From Tubiluchus corallicola (taxonomy: Eukaryota; Animalia; Priapulida): 64,000 nt of DNA. The DNA is taken from NCBI GenBank assembly GCA_030141605.1, contig JAQGDQ010002404.1, positions 16,984-80,983 on the forward strand. The letters run 5' to 3'. The notes under the pieces were generated by a model, which saw only the letters and a program-made list of their open reading frames with translations, had not been told where the DNA came from and did no database searches. This document shows positions 61,284-64,000 of this stretch, piece after piece; position 1 is the first letter of the stretch; the number at the start of each line of letters is the position of its first letter. The position numbers and the translations under genes are program-made.

Positions 61284-63762
61284 CTAATTGAGAATAGGCC
61301 ACTGTTCATCATTCACCCATTTCCAAGTACTTGAGAAATTCCAGCCTACAAAGACTACTCTATCCTTTTCAGTATCTTTGTACTGGCTGCTCTCTTTTTT
61401 CAAATACCTGCCACTACTAACTCCAATTCCTGCCACAGTAAGATGATTATCAATTTCCTGCGTGCCTGAGCTTTCCTCATCCCAATAATTATTAATATCA
61501 AGAAGAACGTTACCACTTTCTCCTACCAAGCCACCAAGACCTAGATATTGAAATACATTGTTCGTCTCTCCGGTGGCATAACAGTTCTCAATTATGACTC
61601 TTTCTTTAGTAGTACAACTTCCTATTAGTCCACCATAAGTGTTCCCTCCGCTACTACCTTTAGCATCTCCTGTGCTGTAAGAGTTGGTGACGGTACCTCC
61701 AAGGAATCCTATTAAGCCACCTAAGTGATTTGTGCCTTCTACATTTCCCGTAGCCTTACACTCATTAATTTTTAAAGCATTTTCATTTTCATTAAAATAT
61801 CCAAAAGATCCTGCTAATCCTCCGACATGACCGCTGATACCCTCTGCGGTAACATTTACTGATGCGGAACTTTTTGATATTTCAAAGAGATCAGTATCAG
61901 TAAATGCTCCATATCCTAATACCCCACCAGCGTTATTACCATTATTACTTCCACTACCTTTTGCCAGTATGGAGCCTCCTGTAATATGGCAGTTAACAAT
62001 TGTTGAATTGCTTCCATGCCCTACCAACCCAGCAACATTCGAATTTCCAGTTATTCCATTGCCATCTATTTTTATAATTACATTTTTTATCTCAGCGTTC
62101 CGTATATATCCAAACAGGCCTACCCCTTTTGTATTCTCTCTATCTATAAACAAGTTCTCTATCACCTTGTCATCACCATCGAGAGAACCCTCGAATTTAT
62201 TATCATTATTACCGACAGGGTCAAAGCCTTCTGCAGGGAGAGCATCCGGGAGTGTGCCTCCTGTTTGGGAGGGGACTGGTAGGGATATATTATTTTTCAA
62301 AGTATAATGGCCGTTTAAGTTATATTGCATTCCTTGTAGATCCTGCCAACTCTTTATATTATACTGCTCTTTGGTAGTGTTGTAGCTAAAGGGAGAATAT
62401 TCTATGTTTAATTTAATGGTAATGTCGCCATCATCTATACTGTTCCAGCTACTGGCAATCATCTGGCTCCATTATAATAGCTTACAACAGTGAGAGATGG
62501 CTTAATGTATTCTACGATTACAAAATATTCCTGTTCATCACCGTTTCCTGCTGTCACAACATAGGTTACCTCGTGATTGAAATCTGGAGTCGCCCCATCT
62601 TTTGTGCTTACAGTTGCATCATCTGATACTGTTATCTCAGGGTTCAATGAGGCTAAATTAATGCCAAAAGGATTTTTCGCTGTAATTGTATAGTTGCCCG
62701 GTGAAATCTCTCCCGCCACATCATCATTTAATCCTGGATTATCGTCTTTCGTAAATACAAATTTTGTAATCTCATTTTCTGTATTTCGCCCTACATTAAC
62801 CTTTACGTTATAAGTCCGTTTGTCATTATTTTCCGCCGTTACTGTGTAGGATATCTTATTCTCTGAATTTACACCAAAGTTTATACGCGTTCCACTAGCA
62901 GGATTAATCGTGGCCCCCCTCCGATATCTTTATTGTAGGAGTTAACTCGAGGTCTGTACCAAAAGGTACTTCAAGTGTGATATCCGGACCTGTAACATCT
63001 TCCGCAGATACATCATCATTTAATCCTGGATTATCTCCTTTCTTAAATACAAAGCTCTTAATTGCAGTTCCTTTTCTTTCTCCTACTTCAACTTTCACAT
63101 TGTAAGTCTGTTCGTCGCCATTTCCTGCTATTACAGTGTACGTAACAGGATTTGTAAAGCCGACCACTGTTACTTCACTTATTTGTGGTTCTATTCCTAT
63201 CTTTGCTTGAGCTTCATCAGGCAGCTCAAAAGTGGCTACTAACTTTGTTCTATCTGTACCGAAGGGAACGGTTAAATTGATATTATTCCCTGAAATATCT
63301 CCGGCATCTACATCTTCAGTTAATGATGCGTCTTCATTTTTGTCTGCCTTAAAAGCAAATTTAGTGATCTTGTTTTCTGTGTTTTTTTCTTTGTCAACTG
63401 TTACATAGTAAACCCGTTGGCTGTTATCTTCTGCTATTACAGTGTAGGGTTTATTATTTGTGAAGTCTCTTTCCACACCGCTTCTCGGGGATATAGTTGC
63501 TTTCTCCGAGATATCTATTGTTGGTTTTAATGAAGTGATTTTTGTTTTATAAGGTACTATTAGTCTAATGTTAGTGCCTACAATTTCTGTGGGCTCCACA
63601 TTATCAGTTAATTCACTATTGAGGTCGTGCTCAAAAACAAATTTTGTGATCGCTCTTTCACTGGAGGGGAGAGGAATCTCCTCTTTCTTGGCTGTCTCTT
63701 TGTTACACCCCAATAATGTAAAAATAGAGAGTAATAAATGAATAAAAATAAAGTGATTTCAT
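61284..63762 (-). pseudogene. Disrupted paralog of the DUF5018/GLUG surface lipoprotein
   Basis: Removing one T near 63750 restores the signal MKSLIFIHLLLSIFTLLG-CNK; extra G in the G6 tract at 62914-62919; ~50-codon deletion at ~62460. Shares SWQDLQGM, PSQTGGT and FDPVG motifs with 50745-55976. Confidence 0.85.
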
Positions 63763-63886
63763 GTTTTAGAATGTTTAAAATGCAAAAATACTGAGAAAAC
63801 ATTTATAAGTGGCCACTCCTTTTACATATTTTATATCTTTTTATGTTTTATTGTTCTTTTCTATGTTTTATATCTCCTTTTAGCTG

Positions 63887-63984
63887 TTTTCTTTACATTC
63901 TTTTGTTTTGATGTAAGAGAGGCGAAGGATCAAGTTCTTTTTAAGTTCTTTTGTCATGACACAAAAGAACCCCAAGATCAAGCC
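63887..63984. repeat. Two further degenerate copies of the REP-like palindrome
   Basis: CTTTACATTCTTTTGTTTTGAT (63891) and GTTCTTTTGT-CATGAC-ACAAAAGAAC...ATCAAGCC (63945). Confidence 0.75.
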
Positions 63985-64000
63985 TGTAAATTCTTTTGAT

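Noticed and set aside
1-64000. tRNA or rRNA genes
   Set aside because: No cloverleaf/T-loop or rRNA-like conserved sequence recognised on either strand by eye.

Overview
Chromosomal window from a Bacteroidota bacterium (SusC/SusD pair, TAnnTTTG -7 promoter boxes, ribH-TPR/recF-DUF721 and zapA-rny synteny); the multiheme cytochromes and sulfatase suggest a Marinilabiliales/Bacteroidales-like organism (inference). Housekeeping and envelope genes (ribH, recF, floA/nfeD, clpS, pbpC/alpha-2-macroglobulin, a probable sulfonolipid cysteate acyltransferase, polA, zapA, rny) are interspersed with IS debris from four families (IS256, IS3, IS1634, IS110), a relic phage-type lysis cassette and a dispersed palindromic REP-like repeat. 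The most notable signals are: (1) a 448-bp internally deleted IS110/IS1111-type element inserted precisely into a copy of the REP-like repeat, with both ends, a circle-junction promoter and a structured right-end non-coding region (candidate bridge/seek RNA) preserved; (2) a His-rich membrane-anchored leader ORF ending in RSPP upstream of a TonB-dependent receptor, a candidate metal-sensing ribosome-arrest regulator; (3) a tetraheme NapC/NirT-like cytochrome fused to an FGE-like domain, paired with a Tat-type Gfo/Idh/MocA oxidoreductase; (4) a mosaic 1.7-kaa Ig-like/GLUG surface lipoprotein with an inverted, decayed paralog sharing identical DNA tracts; and (5) an IS1634 element with a 263-bp target duplication. 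Family assignments come from motif recognition and memory only; no database searches were run.
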